NCBI GenBank assembly: GCA_965226795.1
Contig: CBDDDZ010000003.1
Coordinates: forward strand, 96,001-160,000
Length of the DNA stretch: 64,000 bases
Direction: 5' to 3'
Source of the DNA: Candidatus Latescibacterota bacterium
GTDB lineage: Bacteria; Latescibacterota; UBA2968; GCA-2709665
Shown: positions 19,044 through 28,964 of the stretch, one piece after another
How the letters are laid out: the number at the start of each line of letters is the position of its first letter
How positions within the stretch are numbered: position 1 is the first letter of the stretch
Notes under the pieces: model-generated
Told to the model about the DNA's origin: nothing
The model's input: only the letters and a program-made list of their open reading frames with translations
Databases searched by the model: none
Translations under genes and position numbers: made by a program

Positions 19044-22000
19044 CTAGAGGGACATAGCGGGCGCGTCACGTCCGTGGCATTTTCACCCGATGGAAAGACA
19101 CTCGCATCGGGTTCCGATGATGAAACGGTCAAGGTCTGGAATGTAGCGACACAGACAAATATCGCTACCTTTGAGGGACACCGTTCCTGGGTGAGTTCTG
19201 TTGCGTTTTCGCCCGACGGCACTACCATCGCTTCTGCGTCTAGGGATAATGTTTCAAGTTCGTGGGATAACGCCGTAAGACTCTGGGACGTGGCTACCGG
19301 AAAAAATGTAGCCACATATAGACATGTAGATAATATCTCTACGACATATAACTCGCCATGGATTGTTTATCAGCCTTCTGGCCAAGCGCAATTCGTCTAT
19401 TCTGTAGCGTTTTCGCCTGACGGCACTACCCTTGCCTCCGGGGCAGGGCCTTGGGTCGGGAATGGAACAGCCGTTTTGTGGGATGTTTCAGAATGGACCA
19501 GCCCGCGGCCTCACACGATTCAAACAATCTCGGGCAATGGCCAGCAATCATCGCCCGGTTCAGCATTGGCAAATCCGTTCATCGTTGAAGTGAGAGATCA
19601 GAATGGCAATCCCCTACAGGGTGTACGGGTCACGTTTACTGTCACTGCCGGGGATGGGAAACTAAGTGGCAGGTTTGGTGTTGAAAACGCTGTTACCGAT
19701 GCCAGCGGTAGGGCTCAACGGACCTTAACACTTGGCCCAAATCCTGGAGCAAATGCTGTTAAGGCATCTGTTGTGGGGATTGTCGAAGATTATGAGACTA
19801 CGTTTAATGCCACGGGTATTGGAACCCCCACCACGCCTACAATAGATGGTGGTGATTATAGCACGTGGCACTTGCCAAACGGCACCATCGCTCGACTGGG
19901 AAAGGGAAGCATTGGTGGTACCGTTGCGTTTTCTCCAGATGGACGAACGCTCGCTGTCTCCGGAGGCATTGGAGTCTGGCTTTATGAAGTTGCGACACAG
20001 AATGAACTCTCGCTGTTCACGGGGCATCAAGGAACTGTGAGATCCGTAGCTTTCTCTCCTGACGGTACCATGTTGGTTTCCGGCTCAAGTTCATCGTACA
20101 GTGGTACACTGAAGTTGTGGAACGTCTCGACGGGACGCGATATTGCAACCTTTGGAGGTAACCGCACTTGGCGGCAAGCAATCGGGTCAGTGGCGTTTTC
20201 ACCAGATGGAAACTCAATTGCTGCCGGTTCTTACGGCGAGGTTAACCTTTGGGACGTTGCCTCGAAAACAAAAATCGCTACCCTTGCGGGGCATACACGA
20301 TGGGTTCATTCCGTAGCCTACTCCCCAGACGGCAAGATGCTCGCCGCAGGGCTCAATGATGACAAAGTCGAGCTTTGGGATATTTCCGCAAGGACGAAGA
20401 CGACATTGACACATGAAGGTTTGGTAGGGTCCGTCGCATTTTCTCCCGATGGCAGGACCCTTGCTTCCGCTGGTACTGGTATCGTTAAATTGTGGGATGT
20501 AGCAACACGGACCGTTGTCAACACACTTAAAAATACATTTGGCCCCGTGGCATATTCTCCAGATGGCACTATGCTTTTTGCAGGGGATAAGCTGTGGGAT
20601 GCTAATGCAGCCACAAGTCTAGCTACGTTTGGCGGACGAGCGAGTTTCGTCGCATTTTCACCCGACGGGAGAACACTTGCTACAGGAACGAATGTGTATG
20701 TTAGCTTGTGGGATATTCAGACACATAATAACGTCACAATAAAGCATAGTACCGGAGTTAGATCTATCGCATTCTCCCCTGACGGAACAACCCTTGCATC
20801 AGATGGATCGGGATCCGTCCAGTTGTGGGATGTAGCGAAGCAAACAGAAATCGCAACTCTTGATGCTCGTGGACCAGTTGCGTTTTTTCCGAACGGTACC
20901 ACGCTCGTGACAGGGAACAAACTGTGGAATGTCCCAACCCGGACGAATTTCGCGACACTTTCTGGTTTATTTCATTCCGTTGCGATTTCGCCTGATGGAA
21001 CGATCCTTGCATCAGGAGGTGTGGGAAGCACTGTCAAGCTCTGGGACGTTGCGACGAGACAAGAGATCGGCACGCTCGAAGGACATACAGGCGACTTCAA
21101 CAGCGGTGCCGTTCAGGCCGTGGCGTTCTCGCCAGACGGAATCACACTTGCTTCAGGGTCGAGGGACAATACGATCAGGCTGTGGAATGTGTCGACAAGA
21201 CGAAATATCGCGACACTTCAAGGGCATAGTAAGTTCGTTGAATCGGTGGCATTTTCGCCAGACGGCGAAACGCTCGCGTCAGGGTCTCGGGATAGAACTG
21301 TCAAGCTGTGGAATGTGACGTCAGAACAAGGTATCGCCACGCTGAGGCATCGAACCGAGGTTCTAACCGTTGCGTTTGGGCCTGATGGTAATTCACTTGT
21401 TTCAGGATCAGCGGATGGTAGCGTTCTACTATGGGACCCTGTATCAAAAGAGAATACCACTTCTCTTAGCGGACATACTGGGTGGGTAAGGTCAGTTGCG
21501 TATTCATCTAATGGTACAACATTAGCCTCTGGAGCAACGGATGGCACGGTTCTCCTTTGGGATATATCCTCGCTGGGGTCAGGCACGTCACCAGAGGCCT
21601 CCTTTTCACTATCCCTGGACGGAAATCTCGCATCCGGTAATCAGGGCGTCACAACGCTCGACGTTAGTTCCGGGTCGGTTGTCCCGATACAGCTCTTTGG
21701 TAACGATATCCGGGGTGTAAACGGTGTTTCCGCCCGGTTTGAATTCGATGTGGCTCAGGTCGATTATGACGGGTTCGATCCGGGAAGCCTGTTGCCGAAT
21801 GCGCAGGTGCTCGCGGTGCCTGCGACCAATCCAACCGCCATCGATGTCAGCGTCGTGTCTTTTGGCGGGCAGGCTGCGGTCGATAGCGGAATCGTGGGCA
21901 CCATACGTTTCCGCACGACGGACGGGTTTTTGGGTTCGACGATTCGGATGGTGACCGCTGAGATCGGACGCGGAGACGAGCGCGAGAGCATAACGCCATC

Positions 22001-22208
22001 TGATATCGCCGTCACCCTGAGGCTGGCTGAACCGTCGCCGGACTTCAACGGAGACGGCAAGGTCGATTTTGGCGACTTTGTGGCATTTGGAATGCACTTC
22101 GGCGCAAGCCTGGGCGATTCGAGGTACGACCCGAAGTACGACCTTGATCAAGACGGCATGATCGGATTCGGGGATTTCCTGATATTTGGCCAGGAGTTTG
22201 GCACGTAA
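19044..22208 (+). pseudogene. 5'-truncated WD40-repeat protein with an Ig-like domain, a cohesin-like domain and a C-terminal dockerin/EF-hand module
   Basis: The frame begins mid-repeat at the IS boundary (CTA GAG GGA CAT = LEGH), preceded by an in-frame TAA inside the IS, and has no signal peptide. Many VAFSPDG...LWDV repeats, Ig-like VRDQNGNPLQGVRVTF, tail DFNGDGKVDFGDF. Confidence 0.8.
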
Positions 22209-22252
22209 GTATGAACTCTGAATCGTACGGTGATTCGAAGTGAACGTTCTAG

Positions 22253-24136
22253 TCCTTAAATAAGCGTGACCGGTGAGATTTTTCTGGTCCAAGAGACCGG
22301 AAAGGCCTACCGTTGTTGGAGATAGATGGATTGCGCTAGAAATCATCACTCCAACGCAGGAGACCTTTCCGGTGAAAAGAATATCGGTTGATGACAGCCG
22401 CAGGAACCGTGCTCGTCGCAAACGCAAAGTGGCCGCCCGCCACGGTCGAGCGGGGCATTGGCAGGCGCAGCCCCGGCCCATGTTCAGTCCTGGCAAAGTG
22501 CACTACGAGGTGGGCGCCTACACCGACGCGATGAGTTACGGAGGCATCGGCGCCGTGCATCGCCTGGTCACCAAGCTGGGACTGCCCAAGCGCATCGACG
22601 CGTCGCTGTCCCTGTTGAAGGTGCATCTGCCCTATCATGAGTCGGACCACGTGCTCAACATCGCTTACAACGTGTTGTGCGGCGGCACGCGCCTGGAGGA
22701 TATCGAGCGTTTGCGACATGACGGGGCCTACATGAATGCCCTGGGTGCTCAGTTGATTCCCGATCCGACCACGGCGGGTGACTTTTGCCGACGCTTCTCG
22801 GAACGGGACATCGTCGAACTGATGGCGTGCATCAACGCGGTGCGATCCTCCTTGTGGGCATCGCGTGGCCGCAAATTGCTTTGTGACATCACCTATATCG
22901 ACGTGGACGGCACAAACGTGCCGACGTATGGAAAGCGCAAGAGGGGTATGGACATCTCTTACCAGGGCATCTGGGGCTACCATCCGCTGGTGATCTCACT
23001 GGCCAACACGAAGGAAGTGCTCTTCCTGGTCAACCGACCGGGGAATGTGCCCAGCCACACCGGTGCGGCACCCTGGATCGACGCGGCCTTGGCGCTGGTG
23101 CAGCCCCACGCCAAGCGCCTCTGTGTACGTGGCGACACCGACTTTTCCTTGACCCGACATTTTGATCGCTGGGCCAAAAGCGTCGACTTCATCTTCGGGA
23201 TGGACGCCAACGCGACGATGCGTTCCCGTGCTGAGGCCCTCGACGAGGCACAATGGCAGCCCCTGCAACGCAAACCCCGTTATCACACCGTGACCGACCA
23301 GAAGCGGAAGCGCAATCAGCCCCACGAGAAACAGCGCATCGTCCGCAAACGGGCCTACGCCAACCTGGTGCTGAACCACGAACACGTGGCCGAGTTCAAC
23401 TACCAACCCACGCGCTGTAAACGTGTGTATCGCGTCGTGGTCCTGCGCAAGAACATCAGTAAAATGAAGGGCGACCTTGTCCTGTTCGACGAATGCCGTT
23501 ATTTCTTCTATATCACGACACGCACGGACGTAAGCCCCGCCGAGATCGTCGCCTGTGCCAACCAACGCTGCGATCAGGAGAACGTCATCGAGCAACTCAA
23601 AAACGGCGTCAACGCCTTGCGCGTGCCCCTGTATGACCTGGTCAGCAACTGGGCCTACATGGTCATCGCCGCCCTGGCCTGGAACCTCAAATCCTGGTTT
23701 GCCATGATGATGCACCGACACCTGGACCGACAGCAGTACGTCCGCATGGAATTCCGGCGCTTCATCCACAGCATCATCTTGATTCCCTGCCACGTCATCC
23801 AACGCGCGCACACCACCACGTTGCGCCTCATCGGCTATCAACCCACCCTCGATCGCCTCTTCAGCACCTGGCGTATCATTGAACGCACCGGATTTGGATA
23901 ACACCCATGCAGCACGACCGATGACACACACACGCCGCGCCATCCCCACACCCCTCAACGCACCGGTGTGTCCACCACGCGCCTGACCGACACTTCGGAT
24001 ACTCAATTCACGATAGCGACCACGACAAACACCGCCCCAAAGATCATCCAAAACGCCAATTCCATATAAATCGACACCAACGCCTCACCACAAACACAGA
24101 TCGATGTGCCGCAAACGAAACTCGCTTATTTTAGGA
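22253..24136 (+). mobile_element. IS1380-family insertion sequence, copy 2
   Basis: IRs TCCTTAAATAAGCG / CGCTTATTTTAGGA; CTAG at 22249-22252 and 24137-24140. Confidence 0.9.
22372..23901 (+). CDS. IS1380-family DDE transposase
   Basis: Protein identical to copy 1 over the translated ORF. Confidence 0.9.
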   Translation: MKRISVDDSRRNRARRKRKVAARHGRAGHWQAQPRPMFSPGKVHYEVGAYTDAMSYGGIGAVHRLVTKLGLPKRIDASLSLLKVHLPYHESDHVLNIAYNVLCGGTRLEDIERLRHDGAYMNALGAQLIPDPTTAGDFCRRFSERDIVELMACINAVRSSLWASRGRKLLCDITYIDVDGTNVPTYGKRKRGMDISYQGIWGYHPLVISLANTKEVLFLVNRPGNVPSHTGAAPWIDAALALVQPHAKRLCVRGDTDFSLTRHFDRWAKSVDFIFGMDANATMRSRAEALDEAQWQPLQRKPRYHTVTDQKRKRNQPHEKQRIVRKRAYANLVLNHEHVAEFNYQPTRCKRVYRVVVLRKNISKMKGDLVLFDECRYFFYITTRTDVSPAEIVACANQRCDQENVIEQLKNGVNALRVPLYDLVSNWAYMVIAALAWNLKSWFAMMMHRHLDRQQYVRMEFRRFIHSIILIPCHVIQRAHTTTLRLIGYQPTLDRLFSTWRIIERTGFG

Positions 24137-24166
24137 CTAGTTCGCTGAATCGAAGACCTTAGTCTT

Positions 24167-25549
24167 ATGCAAATCTCACGTATAAATCCATACCGCTTCG
24201 AAGTTCTCGTGATGTGGTCCAGAGCGGTTCCGCAATATGCTCCAACAGCAGAATGCTCCGTTTGGTCTACAGATGACGAACGACTCCTCGGTGTTGTAAT
24301 CATTGATCTCACGGACCGCGACTACAATTTCGTCATATTCGCTCGTGATAAGCGCGGGCGCTTTCGTTGCGTGGATGTCGGCGAAACGTATTTCACGCGG
24401 CGTTTGGCGGAGAAAGCTTTAATCCACCGCATGCCGGTAGTGCATGCCAGAAAAGACGTCGTTTTTGAACAAGGAGACGAAGCCGGAAAATCCCTCGATT
24501 TTTTCACGCCTCAGTTGCCCAACGATCGGCTTCATTCCAATTTCCGTACCCTCGCTGACGGCCCGGGGTATTCAGCAGCGCGGAAAATCATCTCCGAAAT
24601 GGCACATGTCTTCAAGGAGCCGGATGGCAATTTCATTAAGGATTTTCAATCCACGGGTTTCAACAGCCGCCTCTGGGAACTATACCTGTTTGCGGCGCTC
24701 GTAGAGGAAGGATTCAAGCTTGACAGAAGTCATGCACAGCCGGATTTCATCGCAAAGACCGGCAATGGACGAAAAGTCGCGATCGAAGCGACTACAGTCA
24801 ACCCCACGGTCGGCGATGACGGAGAACCTGTGGATCCGCCGACACCAAAAAGCTCTGAAGAACTGAAGAAGCTGCGACGCGATTACATGCCTATCAAATT
24901 TGGCGGTCCTCTGTACGGGAAACTGAAGAAAAGGGATTGGGAGAGAAGCCACATTAATTGCTTGCCTTACATCATTGCAATAGCTGATTTCCATGGTCCT
25001 CAGACCATGACTTGGTCGGGACCGGCGTTGTCTTCGTATTTGTTCGGGTTGGAAGTAGATTCAGACCGATCGACCAAAACCGGGCGACCCTGGCAGTATA
25101 GGCCGATTGAGAAACACACGTGGAAGGAAAAGCAAATTCCGTCCTGTTTCTTTGACCAACCGGATGCTGAGAACGTCTCCGCTGTGGTGTTCACGAACGC
25201 AGGAACGCTGGCCAAGTTCAACAGGATGGGCGTCCTTGCCGACTTCGGCGATCCAAATGTTCGAATGATTCGGCAAGGAACGATGTTGAATCCGGAAACT
25301 GAATCCACTGCGCCAATCGAATTCACAATCGATGTTGACGACCCCAAGTACAGCGAGGGGTGGGCGGACGAAATCCAGGTTTTTCACAATCCAAACGCAG
25401 TCAATCCACTAGATCGAAGTTTGTTCCGAAAGGCAACGCACCATTTTCTTAAGGATGGCCAGGTAAAGTCATACTCTCTGCCATACAAAGTACTCCAATC
25501 CGTAACAATTGTACACTTGCAAAAAGCCGACGGAAATGCGGAACGTTGA
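24167..25549 (+). CDS. Hypothetical protein, putative PD-(D/E)xK-like nuclease
   Basis: 460 aa; FNSRLWELYL followed by QPDF...VAIEATT resembles a restriction-like catalytic motif; visibly lower GC than the core genes. Confidence 0.6.
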   Translation: MQISRINPYRFEVLVMWSRAVPQYAPTAECSVWSTDDERLLGVVIIDLTDRDYNFVIFARDKRGRFRCVDVGETYFTRRLAEKALIHRMPVVHARKDVVFEQGDEAGKSLDFFTPQLPNDRLHSNFRTLADGPGYSAARKIISEMAHVFKEPDGNFIKDFQSTGFNSRLWELYLFAALVEEGFKLDRSHAQPDFIAKTGNGRKVAIEATTVNPTVGDDGEPVDPPTPKSSEELKKLRRDYMPIKFGGPLYGKLKKRDWERSHINCLPYIIAIADFHGPQTMTWSGPALSSYLFGLEVDSDRSTKTGRPWQYRPIEKHTWKEKQIPSCFFDQPDAENVSAVVFTNAGTLAKFNRMGVLADFGDPNVRMIRQGTMLNPETESTAPIEFTIDVDDPKYSEGWADEIQVFHNPNAVNPLDRSLFRKATHHFLKDGQVKSYSLPYKVLQSVTIVHLQKADGNAER

Positions 25550-26003
25550 GTGGCCGAGTTCTTAGACTCGCGAATTAAGAATAGAGTCGCAGGGAGGAAT
25601 TCGCCCGGCGACGCCCTTCACAAACCGCTGGCTAGTTTTATCTCCCAACGAATTGCGAGAAGCGGAAATGCCTGGAAAAATGCCCATTTCATTAGAATAC
25701 CCGAAACATAATGTATTTCTTCGATCTTGCGACATTTGGCGCTGTCGTAATGCTCTATCTGAGTATGTTTGATGAAAGTGCCGGCCTTTGATTTCTGGGC
25801 TCATTTCTGGAATTGGGGTTTCTGCCTTAGCGCCATGTTCGGTAGTGCTCGAGAATCGATACTGTAACAATCAGCTGATTTTCTTCTGATCCTCCGAAAT
25901 GGTCTTCTTCTTCTATTGAGTCCAATTTACAGCTAATGCAGATGGATAGAGAGTCCGATTCTAACTGGATCGTAACACTTTCGTGCAAAAACGGGAGAAG
26001 TCC

Positions 26004-28136
26004 ATGCGTTCCTCGACTTGGATAACGGGAATATTGTGTGGTCTGTCGTCAGTCAGCCATGCTTCGCCCACGCAAATCGCCACCTTTGTGCACAGTAATG
26101 AGGGACGGACTCAAGCGGTTCGCGGTGTCGCGTTTTCTCGGGACGGCACGACCGTCGCTTCAGCCGGAAATGATAGTACAGTCAAGCTCTGGAACGTGGC
26201 GACACGAACAATTATTCGCACCTTGGAACACGAAAGTCGGGTCGAGGCTGTCGCGTTTTCACCCAATGGAAACCTCCTTGCTTCACACTCTTACGATGTG
26301 AATTTATGGGATTTTGCTACTGGGCGGAAAATTGCTACACTTTTCAAAACCTATGGTGGAGGGCCTGTTGCGTTTTCGCCGGACGGCACGATTCTCGTAG
26401 CAGGGTCACCGGACAACAGGGTAAGGCTGTGGGAGGTATCAACACACCGAGAAATCGCCACGTTCGTTCATGGCGAGATCGGTCCTTCTCTTCACACTGT
26501 GGCATTTTCGCCTACCACACAGGTTCTTGCCTCTGGATCCCAAGATGGAACAATCAAACTCTGGGATGTTTCAACAAAGGGTTATATCGCCACCCTTGAA
26601 GCGCATTCTGGTTCGGTTTTTTCCGTGGCTTTTTCGCCAGACGGTAATACACTGGCTTCCGCCGGCATAAAGCGCGATTCCACAGGCGATTGGGATAGCA
26701 CAGTTAAGTTGTGGGATGTTGAAAAAAGAGAAACAATCGCCACACTCGACGCACATTCGGGTTGGATCCGCACATTGGCGTTTTCGCCCCACGGCACTGT
26801 ACTTGCATCAGGATCCTACGACAACACCGTTAGGCTGTGGGATGTTGAGACAAGGCATAATTTTGCCACTCTTGGTACGGAAAATACCACGTCATTGGGA
26901 GGCCACTTGGGACGAGTCCATGCAGTGGCCTTTTCGCCTAGCGGTGACACTCTTGCTTCGGGTGTCACCGTTGGAGGTGGTCCCTATTCTTCAGAATCCG
27001 GCCCTCCTCCACAGCGAGGAGAAATCCATCTTTGGGACATTTCGATCGAGACGCCCACAATTCCACCGTCTTCCGGTTCTAACTCCGACGCTGTATTGTC
27101 ACTCGACCTGATTCCGAATGGCGGCGCGGGCAATCAGGTGAATGACGGCGTTACGTCAGGAACTGTTTCCGGTAAGGACACGAAGATCGCCGTTGAAGTT
27201 TTCGCGTCTGGTGTGAAGACTTCGCTGGCCGGCCTGCTGGTCAAATTCGACTTCGATTCTTCCGTTCTGGCCTTTGTCAAAGCTGAAAGTGGCGCGTTTG
27301 GCTTTAACATTCCTCAAGCCACCGGCACATACTTTGCGGCCACCAACAATGTCGTTTTGCCGGCTTCAGGGTTCCTTACGCGGGGAGAGTTCAAATCCCT
27401 GGTTGATGTAACCGATCGACCGTTTTCCATAGGCATTGACGTCGTGACGCTCGCCGAAAGCCAGACTGTATCAAACGACATCAGAACCACGAAAGTCATT
27501 TCGTTCAATTCTACTCCACCCCCCGCCACCTTCTCGGTCTCCCTGGATGCCAATAATGCCGCTGGCGATCAGGGCGTCACATTGCTCGATGTTGGCTCCG
27601 GATCGGTTGTCCCGATACAGCTCTTTGGCAACGAAATCCTGGGTGTAAACGGCGTTTCCGCCCGGTTTGAATTCGATGCGGCTCAGGTCGGTTATGACGG
27701 GTTCGATCCGGGGAACCTGTTGCCGAATGTGCAGCTACTCGCGGTGCCTGCCACCAATCCAACCGCCATCGACATCAGTGTCGTGTCTTTTGGCGGGCAG
27801 GCTGCGGTCGATAGTGGAATGGTGGGAACCATACGTTTCCGCACGACTGACGCATTTTCGGGTACGACACTCCGGATGGTGAGCGCTGAGATCGGCAGGG
27901 GCGACCAACGTGAGAAACTTACGCTATCCGATACCGGCGTCATGCTAAGGCTGGCTCAGCTGACGCCGGACTTCAATGGAGACGGCAAGGTCGATTTTGG
28001 CGACTTTGTCGCATTCGGAATGCACTTCGGCGCAAGCCGGGGCGACGCGAGGTACGAAGCGAAGTACGATTTGGATGAAGATGGCGCGATCGGATTCGGC
28101 GATTTCCTGATTTTCGGCCGCGAGTTCGGTACATAA
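26004..28136 (+). CDS. Secreted WD40 beta-propeller protein with two cohesin-like domains and a C-terminal dockerin/EF-hand module
   Basis: Signal peptide, about seven WD40 repeats, a P/S-rich linker, two SLD...GxQ-initiated beta-sandwich domains and DFNGDGKVDFGDF...FGREFGT. Confidence 0.88.
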   Translation: MRSSTWITGILCGLSSVSHASPTQIATFVHSNEGRTQAVRGVAFSRDGTTVASAGNDSTVKLWNVATRTIIRTLEHESRVEAVAFSPNGNLLASHSYDVNLWDFATGRKIATLFKTYGGGPVAFSPDGTILVAGSPDNRVRLWEVSTHREIATFVHGEIGPSLHTVAFSPTTQVLASGSQDGTIKLWDVSTKGYIATLEAHSGSVFSVAFSPDGNTLASAGIKRDSTGDWDSTVKLWDVEKRETIATLDAHSGWIRTLAFSPHGTVLASGSYDNTVRLWDVETRHNFATLGTENTTSLGGHLGRVHAVAFSPSGDTLASGVTVGGGPYSSESGPPPQRGEIHLWDISIETPTIPPSSGSNSDAVLSLDLIPNGGAGNQVNDGVTSGTVSGKDTKIAVEVFASGVKTSLAGLLVKFDFDSSVLAFVKAESGAFGFNIPQATGTYFAATNNVVLPASGFLTRGEFKSLVDVTDRPFSIGIDVVTLAESQTVSNDIRTTKVISFNSTPPPATFSVSLDANNAAGDQGVTLLDVGSGSVVPIQLFGNEILGVNGVSARFEFDAAQVGYDGFDPGNLLPNVQLLAVPATNPTAIDISVVSFGGQAAVDSGMVGTIRFRTTDAFSGTTLRMVSAEIGRGDQREKLTLSDTGVMLRLAQLTPDFNGDGKVDFGDFVAFGMHFGASRGDARYEAKYDLDEDGAIGFGDFLIFGREFGT

Positions 28137-28562
28137 CGTCGAATTCCTGCGGAAACTGGCTGTCAACATTTCAAAAGCAGGTATGTGGAGGCAGCCGCCT
28201 TGATTCGTGGAAGACACTGAGGTCTGCGAGCGGAACCACACGCTCTTCTCTGGATGTTGTGAGAAGCAAGAACAGCAGCGGCATCCCATTTTTGGAAACG
28301 AGGGCGATCCAAGGATCGCCCTCGTTCACTTTTAGGGTTACCAGAACGCGGTCTCTCACACGGCAACTTACAACCGCGCAGTGGTGGAGTGGGGGCTGTT
28401 GTTCGCGGCATGAGACGCGCCGCTCACCATCAAGTTCGAATGCCAACATCAGGCGTCCCCTGTTGTCCCAATAAACCACCGGAACAACCGGTCACCGCTA
28501 CGCGGGTGGAACTGGATTCTCCGCGCCTTAACGTACAGCAACATCAAATTACTGGGATTCTT

Positions 28563-28849
28563 CCCTCGCGCGACCGGTGGCGGAGATGGGGGTTTTTCCG
28601 CGTTAATCCGTCCAGCACCACAGTATCGGCTTATCTGACGAACCCGTAGGGCACCCAACCTCCGTTACTGCCCCTGAGGCGATTCGTGGAAAAACCGGCC
28701 CCGCGCCGAGCGGCGCGGTTCTTTTTGGTCCTTTTTCTTACGCGAATAAGAAAAAGGACGAAGAAGAAAAGAGGTTGAAGTAAAGGGTAAGGCCTGTGCC
28801 CGCCCGGAACGCAGTTCCAAAAAAACAGGAAGAGGAAAGACGAGAGACG
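28563..28849 (-). repeat. Structured intergenic repeat, copy B
   Basis: Homologous to 2290-2612 (see copy A). Confidence 0.8.
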
Positions 28850-28964
28850 CTAGAAGGCCCCCCAACCTCCGCCGGACATCGATACGGCCTGACGAGATCA
28901 ATTCGCGAACGTCTGGTTCTTGCAGGGGCGCTTCGCGCTGCCGCCTTGATTCCTGACAACAGAA

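Noticed and set aside
22209..24166. Integron attC-like hairpin at the reconstructed empty site of IS copy 2
   Set aside because: An imperfect dyad exists (GATTCGAAGTGAAC / GTTCGCTGAATC), but there are no proper R boxes, no cassette array and no integrase.
25550..25980. Minus-strand 102-aa ORF and other frames in this lower-GC spacer
   Set aside because: Multiple stops and no recognisable motif; at most unidentifiable gene debris.
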